From: an uncultured cyanobacterium
GTDB taxonomy: Bacteria > Cyanobacteriota > Cyanobacteriia > Cyanobacteriales > CAWUOF01
Reading direction: 5' to 3'
Assembly: GCA_963744145.1 (NCBI GenBank)
Contig: CAVUSO010000001.1
Location: forward strand, 96,001-160,000
DNA: 64,000 nt
Shown: positions 48,790 through 58,919 of the stretch, in pieces
Numbering within the stretch: the stretch's first letter is position 1
How the letters are laid out: every line of letters begins with the position of its first letter
Notes under the pieces: model-generated
What the model was told of the DNA's origin: nothing
The model's input: only the letters and a program-made list of their open reading frames with translations
Database searches by the model: none
Position numbers and translations under genes: made by a program

Positions 48790-51138
48790 ATGAACGAAGC
48801 AGAAACCCGCGCCGAACTCATTGACCCCGCCCTAAAAGCCGCAGGTTGGGGAGTTGTCCCTAATAGTCGGATTGGTCGCGAAGTCATAGCTCCTGGTCGT
48901 TTAATCGGTGGTGGGAAACGAGCCACACAAGAGCGTGCTGATTATGTACTGGTATATCGCGGTGAAAAACTCGCTGTCATCGAAGCGAAAAAACGTGATG
49001 CACCCGATACCGAAGGTTTAGGACAAGCCAAAAAATACGCTGAAAAATTGCAAACTCGATTCGCCTACTCTACAAATGGCATTGGGATCTACCAAGTAGA
49101 TATGCACACAGGCGCAGAAGGCTACATCAACCAATATCCTACCCCCGATCAACTGTGGGAAGCTACTTTTAGCAAAACTAACTTGTGGCGCGATTCTCTT
49201 TCAGAGACACTTCGCGATCGCTTTGCCGAAGTTCCCTTTGAAGATCGAAGCGGCACTTATGAAGTCCGTTATTATCAACACAACGCGATTAAGCAAGTCC
49301 TAGAAGCAATTAGTCAAGGACGCGATCGCATATTATTAACAATGGCAACCGGAACAGGCAAAACCTTCATCGCCTTCCAAATCACCTGGAAACTATTCCA
49401 AAGCCGTTGGAACTTGAGCAGAGAACCTAACCGTCGCCCGCGAATTTTGTTTCTAGCCGATCGCAATATCTTAGCCAACCAAGCTTATAACTCTTTTTCT
49501 GCCTTCCCCGATGATGCCCTCGTCCGCATTGACCCTGAAACCATCAAAAAACGGGGTCGAGTTCCCAAAAATGGCAGTATCTTTTTTACCATTTTCCAAA
49601 CCTTTATGACCGGACGAGACGAAGCTGGCAATCCCACACCTAAATTTAGTGACTATCCCCCTGACTTTTTTGACTTCATTATCATTGATGAATGTCATAG
49701 AGGCGGAGCCAGCGACGAAAGCACCTGGCGGGGTATTTTAGAATACTTCTCCCCAGCAGTACAATTGGGACTCACCGCCACCCCCAAACGTGCCAACAAC
49801 GCTGACACCTACGCTTATTTTGGTGAGCCAGTCTATACTTACGCTCTCAAAGATGGCATCAACGACGGGTTTCTGACTCCCTTTAAAGTCAGGCAAATTA
49901 AAACTAACCTAGATGAATATATTTACAGCCCCGACGATGAAATACTCGAAGGTGTAATAGACGAAACCAAAACTTACATCGAAGCCGAATTCAACCGCAT
50001 CATTGAAATTAGCGATCGCGAACGTTACCGAGTGCAACTGTTCATGGAAGAAATTGACCAGAATCAAAAAACTCTGGTATTCTGCGCTAACCAACTCCAC
50101 GCTCTAGTTGTGCGGGATTTAATCAACCAATTGAAGATTAGCAGTAATCCTAATTACTGTGTCCGCGTTACCGCCGATGATGGAAAACTAGGTGAACAGC
50201 ACCTCAGCACCTTTCAAGACAACGAGAAAACGATTCCCACTATTCTCACCACCTCTCAAAAACTCTCTACAGGAGTTGATGCTCGCAACGTTCGCAACAT
50301 TGTCCTAATGCGCCCCATCAATTCCATGATTGAATTCAAACAGATTATTGGTAGAGGGACAAGACTATTTGACGGCAAAGATTATTTCACTATCTACGAT
50401 TTTGTTAAAGCCTACGAACACTTCAATGATCCTGAATGGGACGGTGAGCCGGCTGAACCTGTACCTGTCACATCTAATCGAACAGGTGAAGCTAAAGGTA
50501 AATATAATGTCAACCCAAATAAAGCAGAAAAATCATCAACCCAACGTCAACAAATTAAAATCAAACTCGCTGATGGTAAAGAACGCACCATCCAACACCG
50601 GATATCTACCAATTTTTGGAGTCCTGATGGTAAACCAATAACCGCCACAGAATTTGTGGAACGACTCTTTGGTGAAATTCCTGAATTATTCACAGATGAA
50701 AACGAATTAAGAGCAATCTGGAGCCGCCCTGATACCCGTAAAGCATTATTAGAAGGACTAGCAGAGAAAGGCTATGGGGAGGAACAACTCACGGAAATTA
50801 GCCGCTTGATTGATGCTGAGAAAAGCGATTTATATGATGTATTAGCTTATATCGCTTATGCCTTGCCACCCATGAGCCGCCAAGAGCGCGTCCTCGCTCA
50901 CAAGTCCTTAATCTTTTCCCGGTATATCGGCAAACAGCAAGAATTTCTCGACTTTGTACTGGAACAATACATCAAAGCAGGTGTGGGGGAACTCGATCGC
51001 ACCAAATTACCTCAACTGTTAGAGTTAAAATATCATACTATCACCGATGCTGTTGAAGAACTAGGGAGCATTGCGAATATCAGCGCAGTATTTATCGGGT
51101 TTCAGCAATATTTGTATTCACAAGACAGAGCCGCTTAA
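48790..51138 (+). CDS. hsdR: Type I R-M restriction subunit (EcoEI-like)
   Basis: ADYVL..VIEAK nuclease, MATGTGKT, DECHRG, GLTATP, QIIGRGTR. Confidence 0.95.
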   Translation: MNEAETRAELIDPALKAAGWGVVPNSRIGREVIAPGRLIGGGKRATQERADYVLVYRGEKLAVIEAKKRDAPDTEGLGQAKKYAEKLQTRFAYSTNGIGIYQVDMHTGAEGYINQYPTPDQLWEATFSKTNLWRDSLSETLRDRFAEVPFEDRSGTYEVRYYQHNAIKQVLEAISQGRDRILLTMATGTGKTFIAFQITWKLFQSRWNLSREPNRRPRILFLADRNILANQAYNSFSAFPDDALVRIDPETIKKRGRVPKNGSIFFTIFQTFMTGRDEAGNPTPKFSDYPPDFFDFIIIDECHRGGASDESTWRGILEYFSPAVQLGLTATPKRANNADTYAYFGEPVYTYALKDGINDGFLTPFKVRQIKTNLDEYIYSPDDEILEGVIDETKTYIEAEFNRIIEISDRERYRVQLFMEEIDQNQKTLVFCANQLHALVVRDLINQLKISSNPNYCVRVTADDGKLGEQHLSTFQDNEKTIPTILTTSQKLSTGVDARNVRNIVLMRPINSMIEFKQIIGRGTRLFDGKDYFTIYDFVKAYEHFNDPEWDGEPAEPVPVTSNRTGEAKGKYNVNPNKAEKSSTQRQQIKIKLADGKERTIQHRISTNFWSPDGKPITATEFVERLFGEIPELFTDENELRAIWSRPDTRKALLEGLAEKGYGEEQLTEISRLIDAEKSDLYDVLAYIAYALPPMSRQERVLAHKSLIFSRYIGKQQEFLDFVLEQYIKAGVGELDRTKLPQLLELKYHTITDAVEELGSIANISAVFIGFQQYLYSQDRAA

Positions 51139-51322
51139 TTGTTCAATTTGTTACAATTAAACGCCTCAGTTAGACGATTAACTCAAAGCTTTTGCGCGAT
51201 CTCACTTACCATTTCAGTTTATTAGTCCTAATATACAAAATTATCCAAAATTAAGCGTGCAAAACTACACCTAATTAATCATAATTTTATAAATAAGGTG
51301 AATAGAGAGAAGATTAAGGGCG

Positions 51323-51727
51323 ATGTTGTTTATTGATGCGCGGCCCATTTACTGTAAAGTTGACCGCGCCCATCGGGAGTTTAGCAAAGCACAGATTGAG
51401 TTTATCTCAAATATCGTGCAGTTGTACCGAGGAGAAAAAGCGGAGGTGACGGTTGATTTTGAAATGCTGACCGAGAATTTCCCAGAGAAGGCTGATCGGG
51501 ATGTAGCGGGATTGTGTAAAATAGGAACAATAGCAGAGATTGAGGCACAAGGATGGAGTCTCAATCCTGGGCGTTATGTGGGAGTAGCGGAACGTTAGGA
51601 GGCTGAGGATTTTGATTTTGCGACAAGGTTGGAAGAGTTGAATGAGGAGTTAGAAACTTTGAATGGGTCAGCGCGGACGTTGGAGGAACAGATTGCTGAG
51701 AATGTGGCACAAATTTTGAATCTTTGA
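51323..51727 (+). pseudogene. hsdM: C-terminal fragment of a second hsdM with internal TAG (51596-51598)
   Basis: [63 protein letters not shown]. Confidence 0.85.
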
Positions 51728-51751
51728 TTTCCTTAATTAATAAATTTAGGA

Positions 51752-52027
51752 GTGTTTAAGATGATGAATATTACTTTAACACCTGAACAGGAAAAATATG
51801 TTCAATCGCAATTAGAAGAGGGTAAATATAACAGTGTTGAGCAGTTAATTAGTAAAGCATTGCAATTGCTAGAGGAGCAAAATCGCGCATTAGAACAGAA
51901 GCGTTTAGAAGAACTAAGGCTAAAAATTGCTAGTGGTACTGAGCAAATTGCCAGAGGACAAGTAACTTATGGTGAAGTAGTTTTTGCCAGATTGCAGGAG
52001 AAAATTCGCTCTTATTCTGAGTCATAA
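51752..52027 (+). CDS. parD: ParD-family antitoxin (orphan; toxin stub MST*)
   Basis: MNITLTPEQEKYVQSQLEEGKYNS..ALQLLE. Confidence 0.85.
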   Translation: MFKMMNITLTPEQEKYVQSQLEEGKYNSVEQLISKALQLLEEQNRALEQKRLEELRLKIASGTEQIARGQVTYGEVVFARLQEKIRSYSES

Positions 52028-52100
52028 CTATGAGTACATAAATTTTGAATCTTTGATGCGTTGGTACATAAAGTTAAGGATTTTTTAAGAATATAAGGCC

Positions 52101-52367
52101 ATGAATATAACCCTAAAGCCGGAACAGGAACAGTTTATTCAACAACAACTTAAGAATGGGAGATATGAGTCAGTGGACGAAGCGATCGCGCAAGCCTTCC
52201 AATTGTTAGAAGAAGATGATCGTCAGTATCAGCAGTGGCTTGAAGAAACTCGTCAAAAAGTAGCGGTAGGCATTGAACAAGCGAACAGAGGAAAATTCAC
52301 AGATGGTAAACTTGTTATTGCTAGACTGCGGGAGAAACTTCAGCAAAAGCGCGAGAATCAAGGATGA
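52101..52367 (+). CDS. parD: ParD-family antitoxin
   Basis: MNITLKPEQEQFIQQQLKNGRYES; ATGA overlap with parE. Confidence 0.88.
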   Translation: MNITLKPEQEQFIQQQLKNGRYESVDEAIAQAFQLLEEDDRQYQQWLEETRQKVAVGIEQANRGKFTDGKLVIARLREKLQQKRENQG

Positions 52368-52663
52368 GCATCTACAGCTTAACTGATGAGGCTATCCAAG
52401 ACATTGAGGATATTTATAACTATTTATCCGATTTCAGTTTAGATGCTGCTGCTCGTTTCTTGGATACCTTTGAGCAAAAATGCGAAACCATAGTTAGATT
52501 TCCCAGAATGGGTAGAAGTTATGAGAAATTAGAGTCTCAGTTACGTGGGGTTCCCATTGACGGTTATATTATTTTTTACCGTCCGGTTGATGATCATATT
52601 GAAGTAATTAGGATAGTAAGTGGATATCGTAAGCTGGAATCATTGTTTTCAGAATCAGATTGA
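52364..52663 (+). CDS. parE: ParE/RelE-family toxin
   Basis: LTDEAIQDIEDIY.Y, FPRMGR, YIIFYR, IEVIRIVSGYR. Confidence 0.9.
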   Translation: MSIYSLTDEAIQDIEDIYNYLSDFSLDAAARFLDTFEQKCETIVRFPRMGRSYEKLESQLRGVPIDGYIIFYRPVDDHIEVIRIVSGYRKLESLFSESD

Positions 52664-52793
52664 GATTGATGCGATCGCGTTTTGTAAGCAAATGACAGAA
52701 GTAGAGGATTTGGATTTTGCAACCAAGTTGGAAAAGTTGAATGAGGAGTTAGAAATCTTGAATATTGAGGCGCGGGGTTTGGAGGAAATAGCC

Positions 52794-53033
52794 ATGTTTG
52801 CTTATAAAAAATACGTGACGATTGAAGATCCATCAAAGGTAGTTTTATCGGATTTACCTTTTCAAGCTGGACAACGAGTTGAGATGATTATTTTGGTTGA
52901 AAATAATCTCAAAGCAGCTTTAGCACAAAATTTACAAGAGTTATTGAAGGAGACGCAAGCCTTACACGCAAATAATCCCATGACTGAAGAGGAGATAGCA
53001 GCAGAAATTGAGGCTTATCGAAAGGGACTATGA
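52794..53033 (+). CDS. Small antitoxin-like hypothetical protein (PIN partner reduced to MRIV stub)
   Basis: LSDLPFQAGQRVEMIIL..MTEEEIAAEIEAYR; the track ORF 52620-53033 includes an hsdM tail upstream. Confidence 0.6.
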   Translation: MFAYKKYVTIEDPSKVVLSDLPFQAGQRVEMIILVENNLKAALAQNLQELLKETQALHANNPMTEEEIAAEIEAYRKGL

Positions 53034-53139
53034 GAATAGTTAAGGAGAAGGATTAGATGGGGAAGCCGTTGTTGCGGGGATTTTAGAGAGATTTAAACAA
53101 GCACGTCACAATTGAAAACGAGAGGATTAAAACAAAGGA

Positions 53140-53457
53140 ATGAGTGAAACTAAACAATTAAAAATCGCAATTTCCAAGCAAGAAATCGCACAATTTTGTC
53201 ACCGTAACTATATCCGCAAACTGTCTTTATTTGGTTCGGTGTTAAGGGATGATTTTACACCGGAGAGCGATATTGATTTTTTAGTGGAATTTGAGCCGGG
53301 GAAAACTCCGGGTTTTTTTAAGATAGTCAGTATGGAAATGGAACTTTCAGAACTGCTGGAGGGGCGAAAGATAGATTTAAGGACTCTGAATGAGTTAAGT
53401 GTTTATTTTCGAGATCGAGTGATAGCTGAGGCGGTGGTGCAGTATGACAGGAATTGA
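53140..53457 (+). CDS. MNT minimal nucleotidyltransferase antitoxin (HEPN partner reduced to stub MTGIDDLT)
   Basis: LFGSVLRDDF..SDIDFLVEF, GRKIDL. Confidence 0.88.
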   Translation: MSETKQLKIAISKQEIAQFCHRNYIRKLSLFGSVLRDDFTPESDIDFLVEFEPGKTPGFFKIVSMEMELSELLEGRKIDLRTLNELSVYFRDRVIAEAVVQYDRN

Positions 53458-53542
53458 TGATTTAACTCAATTTAACTGATGAGGCTATCCAAGATATTGA
53501 GGATATTTACTTTGATGCGTTTGTACAATTAAATTAATAAAT

Positions 53543-53827
53543 TTGGGAGTGTTTAAGAGGATGAATATCACCTTTAAATCGGAAGAAGAACAGTTAATTC
53601 AAGAAAAGCTCAAAAGTGGTAAGTATGCAACGGTTTATGAAGTAATTGTCGAGGCGTTGCGGCTACTTGAAGAACGAGATAAGCAGTATGAAAAATGGGT
53701 GGAAGAAACCAGGGAAAAAGTAGCAGTTGGTATTGCACAGCTTGATAGGGGAGAAGGGATTGATGGGGAGGTTGTGATTGCCAAATTGCGGGAGAAGTTG
53801 AAAAAAGCGGGTGAGAATCAAGGATGA
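53543..53827 (+). CDS. parD: ParD-family antitoxin (likely start ATG 53561)
   Basis: MNITFKSEEEQLIQEKLKSGKY..ALRLLEE..GEGIDGE. Confidence 0.88.
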   Translation: MGVFKRMNITFKSEEEQLIQEKLKSGKYATVYEVIVEALRLLEERDKQYEKWVEETREKVAVGIAQLDRGEGIDGEVVIAKLREKLKKAGENQG

Positions 53828-54129
53828 GCTTTTATATTATTTCTCCAGAAGCGAGTCAAGATTTAGATGAGATTTCCGATTATTTCTTGAGTCGGAGTCT
53901 AAAGGCTGGCGAACGTTTTGTGAGTAGGTTTGAGCAGAAATGCAAAAATTTGATAAAATTTCCTAATATCGGGCGTTCCTATGCTGACATTGAGCCGTCG
54001 TTACGGGGTGTTCCTCTTGAGGATTACATCATTCTTTATCGGGCGATTGAGGATGGGGTAGAAATTGTGCGGGTAGTAAGTGGATATCGGGACTTAGAAT
54101 CGTTGTTTTCAGAATCGGATGAGGAATAA
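53824..54129 (+). CDS. parE: ParE/RelE-family toxin
   Basis: ISPEASQDLDEI, FPNIGR, YIILYR, VEIVRVVSGYRDL. Confidence 0.9.
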   Translation: MSFYIISPEASQDLDEISDYFLSRSLKAGERFVSRFEQKCKNLIKFPNIGRSYADIEPSLRGVPLEDYIILYRAIEDGVEIVRVVSGYRDLESLFSESDEE

Positions 54130-54202
54130 AACAGATGTGATATTATGAATTCACTTTGCGCCTTTAGAGCAAATGCCAGAGGTGAATGATTTTGATTTTG
54201 CC

Positions 54203-55384
54203 CAGAAATGTTGAATGTTAGAAAATAAGGGAGAAAAACCACCCAAATTATGTGATAATTTAGGTGGTAAAATCTAAAAAAACATAATTGATTATGATTT
54301 TCTATTCATTTCCTAAAATTGTCAAGCATTTATTGAAGGGGCTATCTAAAACTGATTATCCCGTTCTAAATAGCCGCTTGTTCGTGGAGCTATGGTTGGG
54401 TTATACGTTAGATAAAAGTTTAACCAGTATGCGGGATTTATTTAAGCGTTTAAATCTGACAGGATTTGAGGTAGATATTTCCACTTTTTCTAAGGCAAAT
54501 AAACATCGAAGTCAAAAACCATTTCAAAAAATTTTTGAAACCTTAAAGCAATTAGTCAATCAAAAAAATCCCAAAAAATTTGGTGCAAAATATTTAATAT
54601 GTCCCATTGATTCAACAATAATTACTTTAACAAGTAAACTTTTATATTTACAAGGATATCATCAAGTAAAATTATTTAGTTCTTTAAATTTAAGTAAGGG
54701 AAATTGTGAGAGTAGCCTGATAAACTTTGGCCAAGATCATGATTATAAATTCGGCAAGGACATGATAGCTGATTTACCAGAAAACGCAGTAGGAGTAATG
54801 GATAGAGGTTTTGCTGGATTAGAATTTATCGAAGATTTAGTCCAAAACAATAAATATTTTGTCATGAGAATAAAAAACAATTGGAAATTAGAATATTGTC
54901 CAGACAGTGAATTAATAAAAGTGGGAGCTTCGCCAAAAGCTAAAGCTTATAGAGTAGTAAGTTTTTGTGATCTAGAAACGCGAACAGAATTTAGATTGAT
55001 CACTAATTTACCTCGAGAAGGCGAAGAAGGTATATCAGAGCAAGAGCTGTTAGATATCTATCGATTAAGATGGTCAATAGAATTGCTATGGAAATTTCTC
55101 AAAATGCACCTAAAACTAGATAAATTAATTACGAAAAATGTCAATGGAATTACCATTCAAATTTATGCTAGTTTAATCGCATATCTAATTTTACAACTAA
55201 TATCTATTCCGCCAGAATGGGGAGAAAAATTATTAGATAAAATTCGCTATCTTCAAGCATGTATGTGTCAAAAAATTAGCTATGTCCATTGGTTTGAGGA
55301 GGTGATGCTTTGTTGAAAAATTTGTCATTTTTGCATCCGTATGTCAACATATGTAAAGTTTTGTATCAAGATTCAACATTTCTG
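54203..55384 (+). mobile_element. IS4-family insertion sequence, 1182 bp
   Basis: 14-bp TIR CAGAAATGTTGAAT / ATTCAACATTTCTG; 9-bp TSD GATTTTGCC at 54194-54202 and 55385-55393. Confidence 0.92.
54288..55316 (+). CDS. IS4-family DDE transposase
   Basis: IDST, MDRGF, YRLRWSIELLWKFLK (YREK motif). Confidence 0.93.
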   Translation: MIMIFYSFPKIVKHLLKGLSKTDYPVLNSRLFVELWLGYTLDKSLTSMRDLFKRLNLTGFEVDISTFSKANKHRSQKPFQKIFETLKQLVNQKNPKKFGAKYLICPIDSTIITLTSKLLYLQGYHQVKLFSSLNLSKGNCESSLINFGQDHDYKFGKDMIADLPENAVGVMDRGFAGLEFIEDLVQNNKYFVMRIKNNWKLEYCPDSELIKVGASPKAKAYRVVSFCDLETRTEFRLITNLPREGEEGISEQELLDIYRLRWSIELLWKFLKMHLKLDKLITKNVNGITIQIYASLIAYLILQLISIPPEWGEKLLDKIRYLQACMCQKISYVHWFEEVMLC

Positions 55385-55505
55385 GATTTTGCCCAAGGAT
55401 TAAAGGAGTTGAATGAGGAGTTGGAAATCTTGAATGTTGAGGCTGCGGGGGTTGGAGGAGAGGATTACTGATAATGTAATGATGTTGTTAGAAGGAAAGC
55501 TTTAA

Positions 55506-55862
55506 ATGAAAAACAATCGAGAAAAAGTTGTTATAGCTGATATAGCTATTTTATATGACTCGCTCCATAAAACGCCAAAATATTCTAATGATGGCTACCC
55601 TATGGTAAGGGTGACTGATATTAATCGTGGCTACTTAGATTTGTCAAATACGAAAAAAGTAGACGAAAATACTTATAAAGAATTTACCAAGAAATACAAG
55701 CCCCATGTTGGCGATATTCTATTTTCTAGAGTAGGTTCTTATGGTAACTCAAGTTATGTCAATAACCATGAATATTTCTGCTTAGGTCAAAATACTGTTT
55801 GTATCTCACCAAATCACCACCTTATTGATTCTTTTTATTGGTATTGTTGCTTAACTTTATAA
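55506..55862 (+). pseudogene. hsdS: Truncated hsdS (single partial TRD) of the second R-M system
   Basis: DSLHKTPKY..GYPMVRVTDI..GDILFSRVGSYG; starts immediately after the hsdM-tail stop at 55505. Confidence 0.8.
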
Positions 55863-55972
55863 TATCATGCGAATCCTCAAACAAATTAGACAAATCATGC
55901 TGCAAAATTTAGAAAATTAATCTCTTTGAGCCTTCTTAATATCTAACAAACAAGCAAAAAAGGTTAAATGAT

Positions 55973-56590
55973 ATGGCATACAGCGACTTTACTTTAGCAA
56001 AAATAGTAAAAATATTCGGTTTAACAATTTCTGAAAAACTCGATATTTTCCCAGGAGTTACCGACTTTAACAGTAGTAATTATTTGCAAGATACCCTTCA
56101 ATACAATCTCCCTTTGGCTCTTGCTATTAATACAGAAAAATCGCGCTCTGAAATGATTATTTCCCCTATTTTAATTGAATTAAAAAAGTGCTTTCCCCAA
56201 CCCATTAGTTTATTTTCAGGTGTGGATTTTACCGTTGATGCGACCCAAGGATTAAACGGAACCTGCGACTTTCTCATCAGCCGTTCTCCAGAACAGCTAT
56301 TTATCAACGCCCCCGTGATCACGATTGTAGAAGCAAAAAAAGAAGATATTAATGCTGGATTAGGTCAATGTGTAGCAGAAATGTTAGCAGCAAGATTATT
56401 TAACGAACGCGAAGAAAACCAAATTGACAAAATTTATGGGGCTGTCACAACTGGGGATAGATGGAAATTTTTAAAATTAAAAGAACAAATTATTGAAATA
56501 GATTTAGGAGAGCATTTTCTAATCAACAACGTCAATAAAATTTTAGGAATTTTAGCCCACGCTATTAACGAATCAATAGCAGCATCATAA
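55973..56590 (+). CDS. Cyanobacterial PD-(D/E)XK-like hypothetical protein
   Basis: [47 protein letters not shown]. Confidence 0.7.
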   Translation: MAYSDFTLAKIVKIFGLTISEKLDIFPGVTDFNSSNYLQDTLQYNLPLALAINTEKSRSEMIISPILIELKKCFPQPISLFSGVDFTVDATQGLNGTCDFLISRSPEQLFINAPVITIVEAKKEDINAGLGQCVAEMLAARLFNEREENQIDKIYGAVTTGDRWKFLKLKEQIIEIDLGEHFLINNVNKILGILAHAINESIAAS

Positions 56591-56862
56591 CCTCTATCAA
56601 TCCATAACTATCATGCCCCACCCCGACTCAGAAGTTCAAGTCGCAGGATGGCCATGTACCCCTATTTTTTTGCTTCAAAAAGGTTCTATCAGACTTCCCG
56701 GCTATTATAACATATTCCTATCAAAAAACTGTAGATTCAATCTTGCTTTTGCAGAAAATCTATGCCATACTCTTCTTGGCTAGATAACTACGGTATCTTG
56801 ACCGAGATACCGTACTTTATTCAGGCTCTTTGGTGTGAAAAAGAGTTGTGAGGAAAAAGTAA

Positions 56863-58109
56863 ATGTTAAAAGATGCTCAAGGATTAGATGTAACGACTAA
56901 CTCAGCTATAGCGATCGCCGCAATAGATCGTTATGTGACCATGCGCTTGGCTATGACAAAAATATCCTAGATATTTTAAAAGGAATTGAAGCCGATCCAA
57001 CTTGTGCCATAGCTTACGCTCATGCAGCAGCACATTACCTTTCCTTAGAAACAGCAGTAGCTTGGCAACAAGCAAAGCCCTATTTACAAGCAGCTAAAAA
57101 ATATGCTATTCATACCACTGAGCGCGAACAACTTTATATAGAAGCGATCGCGGCTTGGGGAAATGGAGATTTGGAGCAAGCGATCGCCTATTACGAAGAA
57201 ATTACCGACAAATATCCTAGGGATATTGCGGCTGTGCAAAGAGGACAATATCATTATTTCTATCTAGGGAACCAAGAAGGACTACTAAAAATAGCTGAAA
57301 AAGTTTTACCTGCTAACCCTAACAACCATTATTTGTATGGAATGTTGGCTTTTGGCTTAGAACAATACCATCAACTAGAACAAGCTGAAGCATGGGGGCG
57401 AAAAGCAGTAGAAATAAACCGCCGTGATCCTTGGGCACAACACGCTGTCGCTCACGTTATGGAAACTCAAGGAAGAATCGAAGAAGGGATTGCATGGTTA
57501 GAAAGCTTTACTGATACTTGGGAAAATTGCAACACGCTTTTATATACTCACAATTGGTGGCACGTTGCCCTCTATTACTTGAAAAAACCAGCAATTACCA
57601 AAACCTTAGAATTATATGATCAGTATATATGGGGGAGAGCTGATCAAGGATTTCCTAAAGATCAAGTAAATGCAATTGCCTTGCTGTTACGATTAGAATT
57701 GAAAAACGTAGATGTAGGCGATCGCTGGCAGAAACTGGCACCTCATCTCAAACCAAGAATTCATGAACACGCCTTACCTTTTCAGGATTTACATTACGTT
57801 TATGCTTTAGCAAAAGCCGGAAAAATAGATTTAGCAATAGAGATGCTATCGAGCATGGAAGCTTATACGAAAAGAGCTAATCCATATATTCAAAAAACTT
57901 GGCGCGAAGTAGCATTACCCGTTGCTAAGGGAATGATCGCTCATGCTTTAGGAAATTGGAAGAAAGCGATCGCGGAACTGGGAATAAGTTTACCTCGCTT
58001 ATCTGAAGTTGGTGGTAGTCATGCTCAACTAGATTTATTCGAGCAAGTTTACCTATATTCATGGTCGCAAGTAGAACGAGATCCCAAATTATTTTATCAG
58101 ACTGCATAA
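56863..58109 (+). pseudogene. TTC38-like tetratricopeptide protein, frameshifted near 56935 (or sequencing error)
   Basis: MLKDAQGLDVTT..AIDRYV from ATG 56863; the other frame continues DHALGY..EADPTCA..TEREQLY into the 57171 ORF (WAQHAVAHV, HNWWH, GGSHAQ). Confidence 0.75.
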
Positions 58110-58136
58110 CATTGAGCAAATTGAAGTAGGGGTGTA

Positions 58137-58919
58137 TTATAATACACCTTTACTTCTTGTGTACATAGTAGAAAGTATTAGATAATCTGCGGATACTACA
58201 GGAGCATAACGATGGATTTGGGCTCGATCCATAGCCGATCGCAATTGTGCATCAGGATGAAGCAGTGCAAATTGTAAGCGATCTATATATACATTACCAA
58301 GACGTTGAGCAGCAATTATGGGAGGGATAGGAGATGGACCGATTGATTCAATTACTCGTAAACTAAAGGATAATTGGGGATCATTACGCAATTCTTCCTC
58401 TAATACGGTACTGTCGATCGCTGCAAAATCAGCTAATCCTGAACTTACTAATTTAATCGAATTTTGATGGAAACCCGATGGAATGAGTTCACCAAAAAAG
58501 TCCCGGGAATATCCAGATTGAAATATGCGATCGCGAAGGAGATGATAACCACTGTTTGATCCAGGATCGTTGTAGCAGAATCTTTTACCTGCTAGTTCTT
58601 CAAATTTGAAAATATTACTGTTCGCATTGACGATAATATCAGAAAAATAAACTGGACGATCACTATAACGAGGAGCTTGGAGTACGGGAGCTGCGATCGC
58701 TTGTAATTGGTGGGGGAAAACTTGGTGATGTCGAATGAATGGTAATCCACATATAAAAGCAATGTCGATTTCATCGTCTAGAAGTGCTGAATCTAGGAGG
58801 GGATCGTGCTGACTCTGCACGATTTCAATTTCTTCATCCAACTGTCGTCCCAGATACTCTGCAACTATTTGGTAAAACCAAAACTGACTTGGTGCTAAGT
58901 AAGAGACTAATCGGAGCAT
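58137..58919 (-). CDS. PhnD/SsuA-family substrate-binding protein
   Basis: AFICGLPF, YFSDIIV, YNDPGSNSG, ADFAAIDS. Confidence 0.85.
   Translation of the reverse strand: MLRLVSYLAPSQFWFYQIVAEYLGRQLDEEIEIVQSQHDPLLDSALLDDEIDIAFICGLPFIRHHQVFPHQLQAIAAPVLQAPRYSDRPVYFSDIIVNANSNIFKFEELAGKRFCYNDPGSNSGYHLLRDRIFQSGYSRDFFGELIPSGFHQNSIKLVSSGLADFAAIDSTVLEEELRNDPQLSFSLRVIESIGPSPIPPIIAAQRLGNVYIDRLQFALLHPDAQLRSAMDRAQIHRYAPVVSADYLILSTMYTRSKGVL

Noticed and set aside
52620-52793. N-terminal part of the 137-aa track ORF as a real protein
   Set aside because: It overlaps parE and reads through an hsdM-tail remnant; the plausible gene starts at ATG 52794.
44643-55862. hsdS shufflon between the two hsdS sequences
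   Set aside because: No invertase, same orientation, no shared inverted repeats seen, and the fragment belongs to a different hsdM.
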